From NCBI RefSeq assembly GCF_006345805.1, contig NC_043001.1:81964001-82028000 (forward strand): a stretch of DNA of 64,000 bases, given 5' to 3'. Within the stretch, counting starts at the first letter, position 1. Each line of letters begins with the position of its first letter. The notes beneath the pieces are model-generated. The model made no database searches. It saw only the letters and a list, made by a program, of their open reading frames with translations, and was not told the DNA's origin. Source of the DNA: Octopus sinensis. Lineage: Eukaryota. A program made the position numbers and the translations under genes. Positions 12,290-24,625 of the stretch are shown here, piece after piece.

Positions 12290-12712
12290 AATCGACTTAA
12301 TCAGTTTGTCTGTCTTTGTTTGCCCCCTCTGTGTTTAGCCCCTTGTGGGTAGTAAAGAAATAGAAATAGGTATTTCGTCTGCCGCTACGTTCTGAGTTCA
12401 CTTTGCCTTTCATCCTTTCAGGGTCGATTAAATAAGTACCAGTTACGCACTGGGGTAGATATAATCGACTTAATCCGTTTGTTTGTCCTTGTTTGTCCTC
12501 TCTGTGTTTAGTTCCTTGTGGGCAATAAAGAAATAGGTATTTCGTCTGTCTTCATATTTCTGAGTTCAAATTCCGCCGAGTTCGACATTGCCTTTCATCC
12601 TTTCGGGGTCGATAAATTAAGTACCAGTTACGTTATGGGTCGATCTAATCGACTGGCCCCCTCTCCCAAAATTTCGAGCCTTGTGCCTATAGTAGAAAAA
12701 AATATTACTTAT
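12290..12712 (+). mobile_element. SINE family B multimer ending in a type-2 tail
   Basis: Tx1-like-tailed units joined at AAATAG|GTATTTCGTC near 12369 and 12537. Confidence 0.85.
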
Positions 12713-13567
12713 TAGTGAAGAAATCTCCATATGATGGCTAGAAATAACAGTCAAATTCCTTCAAACCACAAACAACGTTTTTTTTTTGTTTTTAGAATAA
12801 AGAAGAAAAATTAGATTATATAGTCCGGAATTAAACAATGTCAGATAAATGACGAGGTGGTCATGGTCGGAATACCTTCGATTAGTTATGTATAAAGCCA
12901 ACAATTTTCATTCGAGCTGAATAGTTGATACTAACGAACCTGGTACTTGGTTCGCATCTTTGTTTATCGACCACGAGAACAACGTGGGAAAGTCATCGTT
13001 GGCCGTTGCTCCATCGGGAACAAAGGACTTAGGCCAGTAACTTCGGTACATGTCCAGCAATTTTCATTGGAATGGGTTAATCGCCTTCCTTTAATTCTTT
13101 TACTTGTTTCAGTCGTTTGACTGTGGCCATTCTGGTGCACTGCCTTGAAGGGTTTTAGTCAAACAAATCGACCTCAGGACTTATTTCTTAAACCTAGTAC
13201 TTATTTTATTGGTTTGTTTGGCCTAACCGCTAAGTTACGGGGATGTAAACATACCAACACCGGTTGTCAAGAATACCGTTGCATACACACACACACGCAT
13301 ATATGTATATAGATAGATAGATATTTATATAATGGTATTTTATATAAGCTTATGGCGATCACCATGCAATATTAAAGGGACATATAAGCCCTCGACAAAA
13401 AAATGAAGGCCTTTCTATCCGCCTGGGAGTCCAACCCACATCCCTCTACTAACGCAACTAAGTGTGTTACATTTACACCAGCGAATCAGGCTTCCGGTTC
13501 CTGTTAAATTTAAGAACTATAATAGTTCGAGTTTCTTTTTTTATATGTAAACTAACTTTGTTTCTGC

Positions 13568-13720
13568 ATTTGGTGCGAATGTTTTCTTATCCGGCGCAGT
13601 TTTTACAATCCTGTAAAATAATAATAATGGTATTTTTATATAAGCTTATATAAAAATACCATTATTACTATTTAGAGGACTGTAAAAACGGCGGTGTATA
13701 AAAAACCATTCGCACCGAAT
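13568..13720. repeat. Palindrome / inverted repeat
   Basis: Perfect 46-bp palindrome at 13622-13667 (TAATAATGGTATTTTTATATAAG|CTTATATAAAAATACCATTATTA), extended by imperfect arms. Confidence 0.85.
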
Positions 13721-13741
13721 ATATATATATATATACACACC

Positions 13742-13822
<81 letters not shown>

Positions 13823-13825
<3 letters not shown>

Positions 13826-14065
13826 GGTTGGCCAAAAGTCACTCGACAGTAAATTTTAAAATTCCATGAATACTTAATATTCAATTTTATTTATTCATTC
13901 CAACTATGAATGTTTAATAATTGAATGGTGTAATTTAAAATCACTGCTTTTTTTTCTTCAACATTTCTATATTCATTAGCGAAGTCTCATACAAAATAAT
14001 CTTTTGTTTTAATCTTGGAATTGAACGGTTTTACTTTCTTGTCAGGTGACTTTTAGCCAACCCTG
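13823..14065. mobile_element. Tc1/mariner-type MITE
   Basis: TIRs CAGGGTTGGCCAAAAGTCAC / GTGACTTTTAGCCAACCCTG; left flank TA. Confidence 0.85.
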
Positions 14066-14790
14066 CACACACACACATACACACATACATATACATATAT
14101 ATACATATATATATATGACGGGTTTCTTTCAGTTTCCGTATACCAAATTCATTTACAAGGCTTTGGTCGGCCCGAAGCTAGAGTAAAAAACACTTGTCCA
14201 AGGTGCCACACAGTGGAACTGAACCTCCAAGCTTTATTTTAACAACCGTAAAAGACTAAACGACAAAATTGACAATGGCGGGATTTGAACAGAGAACGTA
14301 AAAGCCGCGCAATACATTTTCTCCGAGATAGGTAACGACTGTACCACATCACCACATTGACCCAGCGAAGTACTTTCTCTTGGCAGTGTTTAACATACAA
14401 AGCTAATTATGCCCTGTGCAGCTAATTGACCGTACAAGGCTAATTAACCGTGTACGCTAGCTTCAGTAATACTTTATAGATCGTAAATAATATATACAGC
14501 GACTGACATAAAAATCCTTCTATTTGCCAGTTGTAAGCAACAAATGATATTTGTTCATTGTTTCTTTGAGCGGTTAAGCCTCTTCTTAGACAATCACTGG
14601 TTATGTACCGGTTATGACTAGTTATAACCAGATTAATATCTACTTATATATCACCGTACGACCCTGACAGGTATGGATTCCATATTCATTCTCTACTTGG
14701 ATTAAAAAGTGCGTGTATGTATGTGTATATGCATCTATGTGTATGTGTGTGCGTATGTGCGTGTGTAAATACATATATACATACACAGAT

Positions 14791-14845
<55 letters not shown>

Positions 14846-14954
14846 CACACAAATATATCATATATATATATTCATGCATGCATACACACATATATATATG
14901 TATATATATGTATCTATACATACATGTCTTACATGTGTATGCATGTGTATGTAC

Positions 14955-15004
<50 letters not shown>

Positions 15005-15491
15005 ATGTATACACGCACACACACACGTATTGCATATGCATATATAAGCCAATGTCTATGTGTGCGTGCGTGTGCATGTGTATGTGTGTGTGTATGTATG
15101 TGTATGTGTGTGAGAGAGAGAGGGAGGGAGAGAAGGGTAGAAAGTGTATGTCTTTATAAAAAGGAAGGAAGCTATTTTGTTGTAGACAATAGAATCCCAA
15201 CGTAGGTCCCGGGGTGATATTTCTGGTGTTCCGCCACAAAAGCATGGATATCGCTGAAAAAAGAAATCAATAGTAAAACATAATAGACACCTTTACTGAC
15301 AGGTTTATAACCCGACAATGAGGTTGGGGGGGGGTCGACTGGGGGGTAGGGCAATAGGAAGGGTTAGGGATATTTAGAAATGGAAAGGGTGCAGACGGTG
15401 GAGAGTGGAGGTACAAGGAGTGGAGGAAAAGGTGAGAAAAAAATCTAATCGTGTTATATATGTACCTGTATTCACGTCTGTCTGCCTGTCT

Positions 15492-15529
<38 letters not shown>

Positions 15530-15532
15530 TAT

Positions 15533-15624
<92 letters not shown>

Positions 15625-15676
15625 ATAATATATATATATATATATGTATATATAGTATATGTAATATATATATATG

Positions 15677-15708
<32 letters not shown>

Positions 15709-15950
15709 ATATATATATGTATATATGAATGTATATATATATGTATGTATATATATATATGTATTATATATATAATATATATATACATGTATATATATCT
15801 CTATATATACATATACATATATATATATATACTTACACACACACATATATATATGTATTATATATATGTACATATATATATATATATATGTGTGTTTGTG
15901 TAAATATAATACCTGTGTGTACTTCTGTATGTGTATATGTATATATATAT
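15492..15950. repeat. Imperfect (TA)n microsatellite
   Basis: Direct reading. Confidence 0.95.
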
Positions 15951-15981
<31 letters not shown>

Positions 15982-16341
15982 TTGACAGATCGGAAGATAG
16001 ATACATAGAATGAAGAGAAAGAGAGAGAAAGTTTACAATGATATAAAAAGAGGTTAAAAAGTGAAACGAAAGGGAAAAACAAATGTCTAAGTTTGGATAG
16101 AACGTGTGTGTAGGGGTGGGGTGTGAGAGAGAGAGAGAGAAAGAGGGAGAGAGGTAGAAAGATTGTTGTATAGGAAGAGAGTGTGTGAAAGAAAGAAAGG
16201 TATGGAGTTGGAGAATGTCAGAGGAAGACGTTTAAAGTGAAATAAAGTAAGAAAAAGAGTGATAGGGGAAACAATGAGTGAAAGGTAACATGGCGTCTGA
16301 ATGTGAGAAGATTGAAAATGAGTAAAAGGGAGAATGAATGA

Positions 16342-16394
<53 letters not shown>

Positions 16395-17049
16395 GAGAGA
16401 GAGAAAGAGAAAGAGCGAGTGAGAGATTGTGAGATTAGTTAATTTAGTAAGTTAACAGTTAAGTGTGCGTATGTGTGTTGATATACAGATGAGTTGTGTG
16501 TTATCGCCTGTCTATGTGTCGCTCTATGTGTAAAAGTACAGGCATACGAGTACGTCAACTTACGTTGTTTCGAGTTACGTCGTTTTCGAGTTTGCGACGT
16601 CGTTTTCTGATTTTAATAAAATGAACCCCAACTTTCGTCAGTTTATCCGACTTTACGTCGGTGACTGCAAACATTTAAAGGCCAAAAAATAAAGTTGATA
16701 TCTAGAAAAATAGTCACTAATCAATCGCCGGTGACGTAAACAGCTGCCACGACTTGCTTGAAGAACCTTTGCAACCACAGGTAGGTGGAACGCAGAACAG
16801 CAAGAGACTCATTCGGCCAAAATAGACTATTATTGTTTGCCATAGTAGTGAGTACTTCGATAGTCAGCACTAAACACTGAAATAAATATCTGTATGTATG
16901 TACGTTTGTATGTATGTATGTATGTATGTATGTATGTATGTATGTATGTATGTATGTATGTATGTATGTATGTATGTACGTATGTATGTACGTTTGTATG
17001 TATGTATGTATGTTTGTATGTATGTATGTATGTATGTATGAACGTATGT

Positions 17050-17505
17050 CATCAGTTTTATTTCAAAATTTCTTGTCAATACAGAAAGAGCCGATTTCCA
17101 ACCTAGATCTATGACTCCTTCTTTGGAATTTCAACAACACCAACAGGATTTGTATGTATATTCATGTGTATGTTTTGTTTTATGTATGTATTCTCAAGCA
17201 TATAGTATATGTATGTATTCTCATGCATATCTAGACATGCTCATTAAATGATAAACTTCGAGAAAGTTTTACAGGTTTCTACAGTTCCAGTGATGGCTTG
17301 AATATGCAGTCTTCGAATCAGCTTTCTCCTTTCAGGTTTTGAGAAGTCTAATTTATCAAGATTGGTATTTAGGCAGTGTATTACATATCCCAGTGCCCTA
17401 ATAAGTACAGGTATATACCTGAACTTGTAATCTGGTTAGAGTAACTGCAGATTTCTCAATAGTTCAGCGTAGGTATTCTTTTTCACTGATCTTCAGCTTT
17501 ATGAA
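17050..17505 (-). mobile_element. 3' end of an R4/Dong-like RLE LINE next to (CATA)n
   Basis: Minus strand translates YAELLRNLQLL*PDYKFRYIPVLIRALGY...IQAITGTVETCKTF, typical of RLE C-termini; 3'UTR ends AATAAAACTGATGACATAC. Confidence 0.75.
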
Positions 17506-17509
17506 ACCT

Positions 17510-17830
17510 TGACCATGGTTTCTGATTTTTTTTTTAGCAAATAAAATAAATTTATTTGCTAAAAAAAGTCAGAAACCAAGGTCCAGCAGATAGATGGTAA
17601 ATATTTTTAGTTTTCATTTCCTTCGAGTTTTTATCCCTAATATTGGTTTGAACTTTAGCTGTTCCTTCTAGCGTGAAAGGAATCTTATGACGGATACCTC
17701 TTATGTGTTTAAATGTACACTGTATTTATATGAATAATATATAGTCTATTGACTAGTTTTTCAATACGCCTGGCCATAGGTAGTAAAAAATTTCTAAAAT
17801 CTTTATTAGCCTGATATTATTAATTATATA
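17510..17830. mobile_element. Probable Penelope-like remnant with a short inverted arm
   Basis: Hairpin 17510-17583 GACCATGGTTTCTGATTTT..AAAAGTCAGAAACCAAGGTC carries a hammerhead-like 3' half (GAAA-CCATGG-TC). Confidence 0.4.
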
Positions 17831-17935
17831 TATATATATACGTTCAACAGAATTTAGATTCAGATGAATATAGTACTTAAGTCAAAGGCACCAGAATTTT
17901 GTATGGTATTATTCATATAAATCAAATGGGGTGAT

Positions 17936-18252
17936 TATAATCAAAATAAGCAACAAGTATATCCAAGGTAGAGTAGTACAATTGTTTCATGCTACTTCAT
18001 TTTATTAAACACTGTATTACATCAGTTTTAAAATGTCGAGCAATCTTCAGCCACTTATAGAATTTTCCACTCAAACGGACAATGAAATAGGGATAAGAAT
18101 GTCCATTGTCCGTTTGAGTGGAAAATTCTATAAGTAGCTGAAGATTGCTCGACATTTTAAAACTGATGTAATACAGTGTTTAATAAAATGAAGTAGCATG
18201 AAACAATTGTACTACTCTACCTTGGATATACTTGTTGCTTATTTTGATTATA
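17936..18252. repeat. 149-bp near-perfect inverted repeat (Penelope-like pseudo-LTR)
   Basis: Arms 17936-18084 and 18104-18252, 19-nt spacer, one visible mismatch. Confidence 0.9.
18133..18216 (+). ncRNA. Type I hammerhead ribozyme motif (mirror copy at 17972-18055 on the minus strand)
   Basis: AGTAG / CTGAAGA / (T)TGCT..AGCA(T) / GAAA / C-AATT-G / TA / CTACT. Confidence 0.7.
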
Positions 18253-18437
18253 TATATATATATATGTATGAAATAAATAAAAACGAAGTTGACCCACCCA
18301 TCTTTGACGAAATACTGAAACTACAAGCGCTTAACAGCACACACATGAAATATGTGATATTAATAATGTTTTCATTATTTAACTGATTCTAGCACAACAT
18401 TTGACTTTACAGACGTACGAGTACGTAGGGGTGAGGG

Positions 18438-18770
18438 TGACCCCTTTCAGTCATGAATGTCCATGGGATTGCACCTAGAAAGTTACCCTCCGAGGCATAA
18501 GTCCAGGCAAGGTTGTTTATGGTGGACCAGCAGTCCTCCATGCATACCGGCCTCCCCTCTCCACGCCACCGATGTTATTCAAGGGGGAAGCAAAGGCCGA
18601 TACAGCTTGGCATCAGTGACGTCGCATCTCATTTCTACAGCTGAGTGAAATGGAGCCATGTGGAATAAAGTATCTTGCTCAAGAACACAACACGCAGCTT
18701 GGTCCGAGAATCAAACTCACAACCTCACGATCGTAAGCTTGACGTTCTAACCACTGAACCATGCGCCTTC
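18438..18770 (-). mobile_element. SINE family A (tail type 1)
   Basis: Reverse complement of 1329-1662. Confidence 0.9.
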
Positions 18771-18965
18771 AGAACGAGTACATATACGTACGTACGTACG
18801 AGTACATATACGTATATATATATTATATATAATATTATATATATTATATATATATATAATAAAATATGCGTAAAGAAAATACACGAGGATCAGTTAATTA
18901 TGATTTTATTCAACATATTCCCATAAAAGAGCTTGGAAGGTTAGGGATATATATATATATATATA

Positions 18966-19360
18966 CTAGCAGTATCACCCGGCGTTGCTCGGGTTTGTAA
19001 GGGAAATAACTACATAAGCATTTTTAGAGAGTTATAGCCAAAAAATAGCAAAAAAATGCATTAAAAATGGAAAAAAAAATTATGGTAAATTTTTTTAAAT
19101 CGTTGACTCATCGTAGTCATTTTTAGAGAGTTACTTCCTTTATATAATAGCGAAAAAATGCATTAAAATGGGAAAAAATGATGGGAAATTTTTTTAAAAT
19201 CGTAGACTCATCGTAGACGTGCGCTAATACCCAGAAGGGCTCGATATGAATCACGACTATAAGATACCCACTTTTGGTTACACTGCACCGCAAAATGTGG
19301 GAGTAGTTAGGAATCTAAATCGCGGGAGACAGACACACAACTTCACTTTTATATATAAAG

Positions 19361-19361
<1 letters not shown>
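18966..19361 (-). mobile_element. Non-autonomous Helitron
   Basis: Minus strand: A|TC 5' end, hairpin CCCGAGCAACGCCGGG, then CTAG|T 3' end. Confidence 0.8.
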
Positions 19362-19395
<34 letters not shown>

Positions 19396-19402
19396 ATATA
19401 TG

Positions 19403-19570
19403 CGAGGGGCCTGCTGAAAAGATTCCTGACTTTAAGGGTATCGCGAAAGGCGTAGTTGGAAGCTTAACCTTCCGAGCTCTTTTACGGAAACATGTTGAAT
19501 AAAATGATAATTAACTGATCCTCCTGTATTTTCTTTTACGCAAAGCCTGGAAGTTTTCAGCACCCCATCG
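19403..19570. mobile_element. Mariner-derived MITE
   Basis: TIRs CGAGGGGCCTGCTGAAAAGATTCC / GGAAGTTTTCAGCACCCCATCG-TA; an internal segment recurs inverted at 18867-18945. Confidence 0.7.
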
Positions 19571-19708
19571 TAATCATCCACCCACGCACAAAATAAATGA
19601 ATCCACCAACTGTATCTAGAAATAACGCTACAATAAGTTGTTACAAAGCGTACATACCATAACCCTCCTTCGATCGACTTTGTTCTTACATCATTTTAAA
19701 TATGATAA

Positions 19709-20238
19709 GTCGGCGAAGTGGCAAAATTGTTAGCGTGGCGGGCAAAATGCTTAGCAGCTTTTAGTTTGTCACTACGTTCTGAGTTCAAATTTCGCCGAGG
19801 TCGACGTTGCCTTTCGTCCTTTCAGGGTCGATTAATTGAGTACCAGTGACGTATTTGGGTCGATCTAATCGATTTGCCCCCTACCCCCAAATTTCAGGCC
19901 TTGTACCTATAATAGAAAGTATTATTTTATATATGATGTTGAAGAGAACGTGATTTTTTTTGTTCGCATCAATGTAATGCTCATAATGTAAATTGTGTTG
20001 CCGTTGTGTACGTGGAGCGTATATTTTTTTCTACTCGAAGCACAAAGCCCGAAATTTGTGGGGAGGGCCCCAGTCGATTAGATCGACCTCAGTATGCAAC
20101 TGGTACTTAATTTATCGACCCCGAAAGGATGAAAAGCAAAGTCGACCACGGAGGAATTTGAACTCAGAACGTAAAGACAGACGAAACACCGTTAAGCATT
20201 TCGCCCGGCGTTCTAACAATTCTGCCAGCACGCCGTCT
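19709..20238. mobile_element. Two SINE B monomers tail-to-tail (19709-19925 +, 20030-20238 -)
   Basis: Family B core on opposite strands, about 100 bp apart. Confidence 0.85.
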
Positions 20239-20344
20239 TGTACGTGGCGCGTATATTGTCATTATAATAAGCAATTTATTTTGTTTACTTCAATGATTCG
20301 AATTATTTGTGGTATTTATCTTTATTTTTTAACATTTATCTTTT

Positions 20345-20732
20345 ATCTTTTACTTGTTTCAGTCATCAGATTGCGGCCATGCTGTGGCATTGCCTTAAAA
20401 AAATTTCAGTCCAACGGATCGATCCCAGTACTTTTTTTTTTTACTTTTAAAGCTTGGTACTTATTCTATCAATCGTGTTTGCCGAACCGCTATGTTACGG
20501 GGACATTTATCAAGCAGTGTTGGTAGTGGGGGGGGGGACAAACACAGACACAAAGACTCACACAGACATACAGATATATACAACGGGTTTCTTTCAGTTT
20601 CCGTCTACCAAATCCACTCGAAATGTTTTAGTCGGCCGAAAACTACCATAGAAAACGCTTGCCCAAAGTGCCACGCAATGGGACTGAACTCGGAACCATG
20701 TTGTTGGGAAGGAAGAATCTTACGATACAGCT
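20345..20732 (-). mobile_element. SINE family C
   Basis: Collinear match to the family C consensus. Confidence 0.85.
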
Positions 20733-20839
20733 ATGTTCGCTTATTAGGTTTTCTTACTTGTTTCAGTCAACGGAGTGCAGCCATGTTGCAACCAGTTCGA
20801 GAGAGAAATAGAGAGAGTGATGAGAGAGAGAGAGAGAGG

Positions 20840-20871
<32 letters not shown>

Positions 20872-21184
20872 CACAGAGAGTGTTATAATCTCAGTTTGAT
20901 CGGCCATGATAAATGGATTAAGTTCCTGTCTTATCAGTCCTAGGGGCTCATGATTAGCCACTGCAGAGTAATGTAGCTGATCCCTAATTCTAAATAAAAG
21001 GAAGTCAATGACTGTAGTTAACGCCAGAGATCTTCAGCTCTGCTATAGGCACTAGTGTATGAGACGCTAGTGTCAAACAGAGTGACATGCTAACTCCGCC
21101 TACAAATAAATAATAGACAAGCTGTAATGTTGTGAGAAAAAGATTAAAACATTCGTTATTCGCTTTGGTGGCGTGCGCGAAAAG

Positions 21185-21227
<43 letters not shown>

Positions 21228-21248
21228 TATATATATATATATTATAGT

Positions 21249-21402
21249 CGTGGTTGTGTGGCAAGAAGCTTGCTTCCCAACGACATGGTTCCAGGTTCAG
21301 TCTCACTGCGTGGCACTTTGGGCGAGTGTCTTCTATTATAGCCTCGAGGAGACGAAAGCCTTCAGTGGATTTGGTAGACGGAAAGTGAAAAGAACCCGTC
21401 GT
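21249..21402 (+). mobile_element. SINE family C, 5' half
   Basis: GTGGTTGTGTGGCAAGAAGCTTGCTTCCCAAC...GGATTTGGTAGACGGAAA. Confidence 0.8.
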
Positions 21403-21576
21403 GTATACACACACACATATATAATATATATATTTAAAATTATAATTTAGGGTACTAAGTGATATCACCACGGTGGAGGTAGCAGTCAAAACTTGACTTT
21501 AAAACAACATTAAGTGTTCATACAGCACCAGGATAGAAGACAGAGACAAAATAAACTAGCAAAAAAATACTGGATA

Positions 21577-21635
21577 ATTCCAGATCCCGGATTTCTGGCA
21601 CTGAATAAGAAATGCTCCGCCTTCATCAGTGGAAT
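21577..21635 (-). ncRNA. Type I hammerhead ribozyme motif
   Basis: Minus strand ATTCCA / CTGATGA / aGGC..GCCa / GAAA / TCCGGGA / TC / TGGAAT, with a perfect 6-bp stem I and an intact core. Confidence 0.7.
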
Positions 21636-22499
21636 ATACTCAGAAAGCACATAAATACAAATATATATCTATATACAACATACGATATACTTACATATAC
21701 GAACGTATACATACATATGTATGCGTGTATATACACGACAAGTTTGCCTGTGCAAAGCATTTTCTTAAGTCTATCCTAAAAGTCTACGTTTGTTTTCAGA
21801 TTTTTAGCTAGCCCATGTTTCATACATTCTGAGTAATTTAAAGCCTTCCTTTCGTAAGTTTGAAGTTACTCTGCTAGTTGAAAAAAATACAAAAAAATAC
21901 TGGGAATGTGTGTCATATATGAAGAATAGACACCAGGGAAATATATTTTGATTATTACATGCGATTCACAGGATTAAATTTTGTCTAAGTTGGTAGACGG
22001 TTACGTCATTACAAATTAAATGAAATTTTGAGTGTTGTCTATGTTTACGCTTCATCTGTTTATTTTTATTAAAGACATTAGATCAATATTGTAAAACGAG
22101 TAAAAAGAACCGTTACTGCAATGGCTGGTACTGATACAAGAAAGAAAAAGGCAAAAATAAAAAAGAAAAGGGTGGTTGTGAAAGTTCTTTGTTCAAAGAC
22201 AAAAAAGAAAAAAAAAAAGAAATATAGATATTTATTTTTGCCATAGAAAAATAATATAAAGTGTGAGTTTTGTAAATATTCGGCTGAAGTTTATAAAAAG
22301 TACAATCTTGGAGATCGTTATTTGACGAAGCATGAGAAATACGATATCCTGAAAGGGAAACTAAGTTTTGACAAACCAATCTTTATGTAAACAGCAATTT
22401 ATTTTCAAAACTATGTTAATGAAAATATTTCCGTAAAGCAAACGAAGCAAGTTCTGAACGGTGAGAGTTAACTAAATAATAAATAAATAAACAAATAAA

Positions 22500-22833
22500 C
22501 TGTCTCTCCATCGATTACTACGACGGACGTTCCAGTTGATCCGATCAATAGAACAGCGTGCTCTTGAAATTAACATGAAAGCGGCTGAGCACTCCAGAGA
22601 CACGTGTACCCTTGTACCCCCCTTAATGTAGTTCACAAGGAGATTCAGTGTGCCAAACAAGTGACATGGTTGGCCTCTTTGAAAGATAGGTACCACCAAT
22701 TTTTGCCAGATGAGAGGACTGGAGCAATGTGAAATAAAATGCCTAACTCAAGGACACAACGCACGACAGAGAATCGAACTCAAGACCTTACAATCGTGAA
22801 CTGAATACCCTAACTACTAAGCTGCACCCCTCA
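22500..22833 (-). mobile_element. Family A-head SINE with an alternative tail
   Basis: Same tRNA head and core (GTGTCCTTGAG...ATTTCACATTGCTCCAGTCC) as family A, followed by a different 3' body. Confidence 0.75.
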
Positions 22834-23149
22834 CAAATAAATTAATTAGAATAATAAAAGAACTCACATTATACACCAAACTTAATGTTTGGTTAAGAAA
22901 ATTAAGATCGGTTGAGAACATTAATTTATTATTGAAGACACGTTCTAAGTGCGGGAACGAAATTTGCTTTGGAGGTGCAAACCCAGTTTTTCAGGAAGAT
23001 GTTCAAAGCGTTTTTACTGCCCTCAAGAAATTTTTGGGGATGCATTTGCACTCCTCTGCACCCCTATTATCAAGCCTATGGTCCTGACCGTATAAAAAAT
23101 ATATAGCCAGGTCATGTCATATATGGGGGCTTGTACCATTGCATCCACC

Positions 23150-23750
23150 ATCTGCTGTGACCAAGATACTTCCTCATCTGCTGACCATATGACATGTGAC
23201 CAACCAATACGTGACGTTACCCCAACCAGATCCTCCAAGAAGAGAACACGATGCGCAGGATCCAGCTCGGAAAATCGAGCAACATGACCAAACGGTCTGG
23301 GCTGACGATTCCGAATCATACAAGTAACAGGACGCCTCCAAGTTTCAGGGTATAGTCGTTGGCTGGATAGGAAATCTGACCAATAGTAACTCATATTCTC
23401 GTGAAGCGTCCTGGTACCAAGTAAGTTCAGGCGGCTCTTAAGGGCCTCGAACAGTGTTCAAGTCTCGCAATTATATAACAAGATTGGGAGGACCAGAGAC
23501 CCGAAGGCCACAACTTTGTCCTCCTGTTCAGATATCGGCTGCGCCAAACACCGTTGTCCAGTAAGTCATCAGCTGCATCATCACATCCAAGTCTTCTGAA
23601 TACTTTAGATCTGAAGCTAATGCTGTTATGCACTACACTGCCCAGATAAATGAAACGGTCAACAGCCTTGATATTCTCAACCGCAATAAAGATGCTTGAG
23701 ATGGAGCCTGCTAGGAAGCCATCGAAAGACAAGATCTTTCTCTTGACCAA
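23150..23750 (-). pseudogene. RTE-clade LINE RT C-terminal fragment
   Basis: ENIKAVDRFIYLGSVV, WRSRYLNRRTKL and RPFGHVAR motifs, with frameshifts. Confidence 0.8.
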
Positions 23751-24625
23751 GAATATTTAAGGCTAAGCGTCACTCAGCAAGAAGAGGTAATGTCAAAATG
23801 TAACCAATACTCAAAGACGAATAGCATTATAATTTTTTTATTTTATTGTATAGTTAGAGCGACAACGTAGCAAATACGTGTGGCCTAGTGGTTAGGGCGT
23901 TGCATTCATGATCGCCTGGTCGTAATTTCGATTCCCAAACTGACTCTGTCTTGTGTTTTTGAGCAAAGCACTTCATTCCGTGTTGTTCCCCTCAACTAAG
24001 CTGTAAATCATTGCGAAGGATTACCGTACAAGTGTGGGAGATGGTGGCTCAGAAAAATCACCCGAACAGAGGTCTCGTAAGCTACGTTTTATATTCAATC
24101 ATCGAACGGATGAATAATACAGCCCACACTATGAATCATGACTAGTTGGAATTGATTGTAGAATCACATCGAATGTCATTATCTGCAAATACGAATAAGT
24201 TAGCCATAGTCCTTCCTTTCATCTATTTTCATTGGTTCTATACAAATATCAGTTTGGTGTATGTTGCACCTAAAGCTGCAACATGAAAAGGAGCCGTTCA
24301 AGAATTTGGACCTGGAGATCTCCATTTCCATCGACTTCGAAGGCCACCTCCCAGTGGTGTCGAGCGTCAATTAAGAGCCCTCGACTACAACAAGACGACC
24401 AAAGATTTTTTTCCAAGGTCTGGGGTCTCCCGCCCCTAAGCCCTAGACTATCACCTAATTACCCTTACCCGTTTTGTTGCTTAACAACAACAACAACAAC
24501 AACAATAACAACAACAACAACAAACAACAACAGCAACAACAGCAACAACCTGAAACAGATTCGAGCGTGTTAATAAGTGACGTGTTCGGAACTTATGTAG
24601 AGAGGTCCATTCAAGACCTACATTC

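Larger units (their letters stand above)
13095..14225 (-). mobile_element. SINE family C split by nested insertions in its internal microsatellite
   Basis: 3' half at 13095-13272 and 5' half at 14115-14225 are collinear. Confidence 0.75.

Noticed and set aside
16538-16870. Pogo/Tigger-like left terminus
   Set aside because: No matching right TIR found
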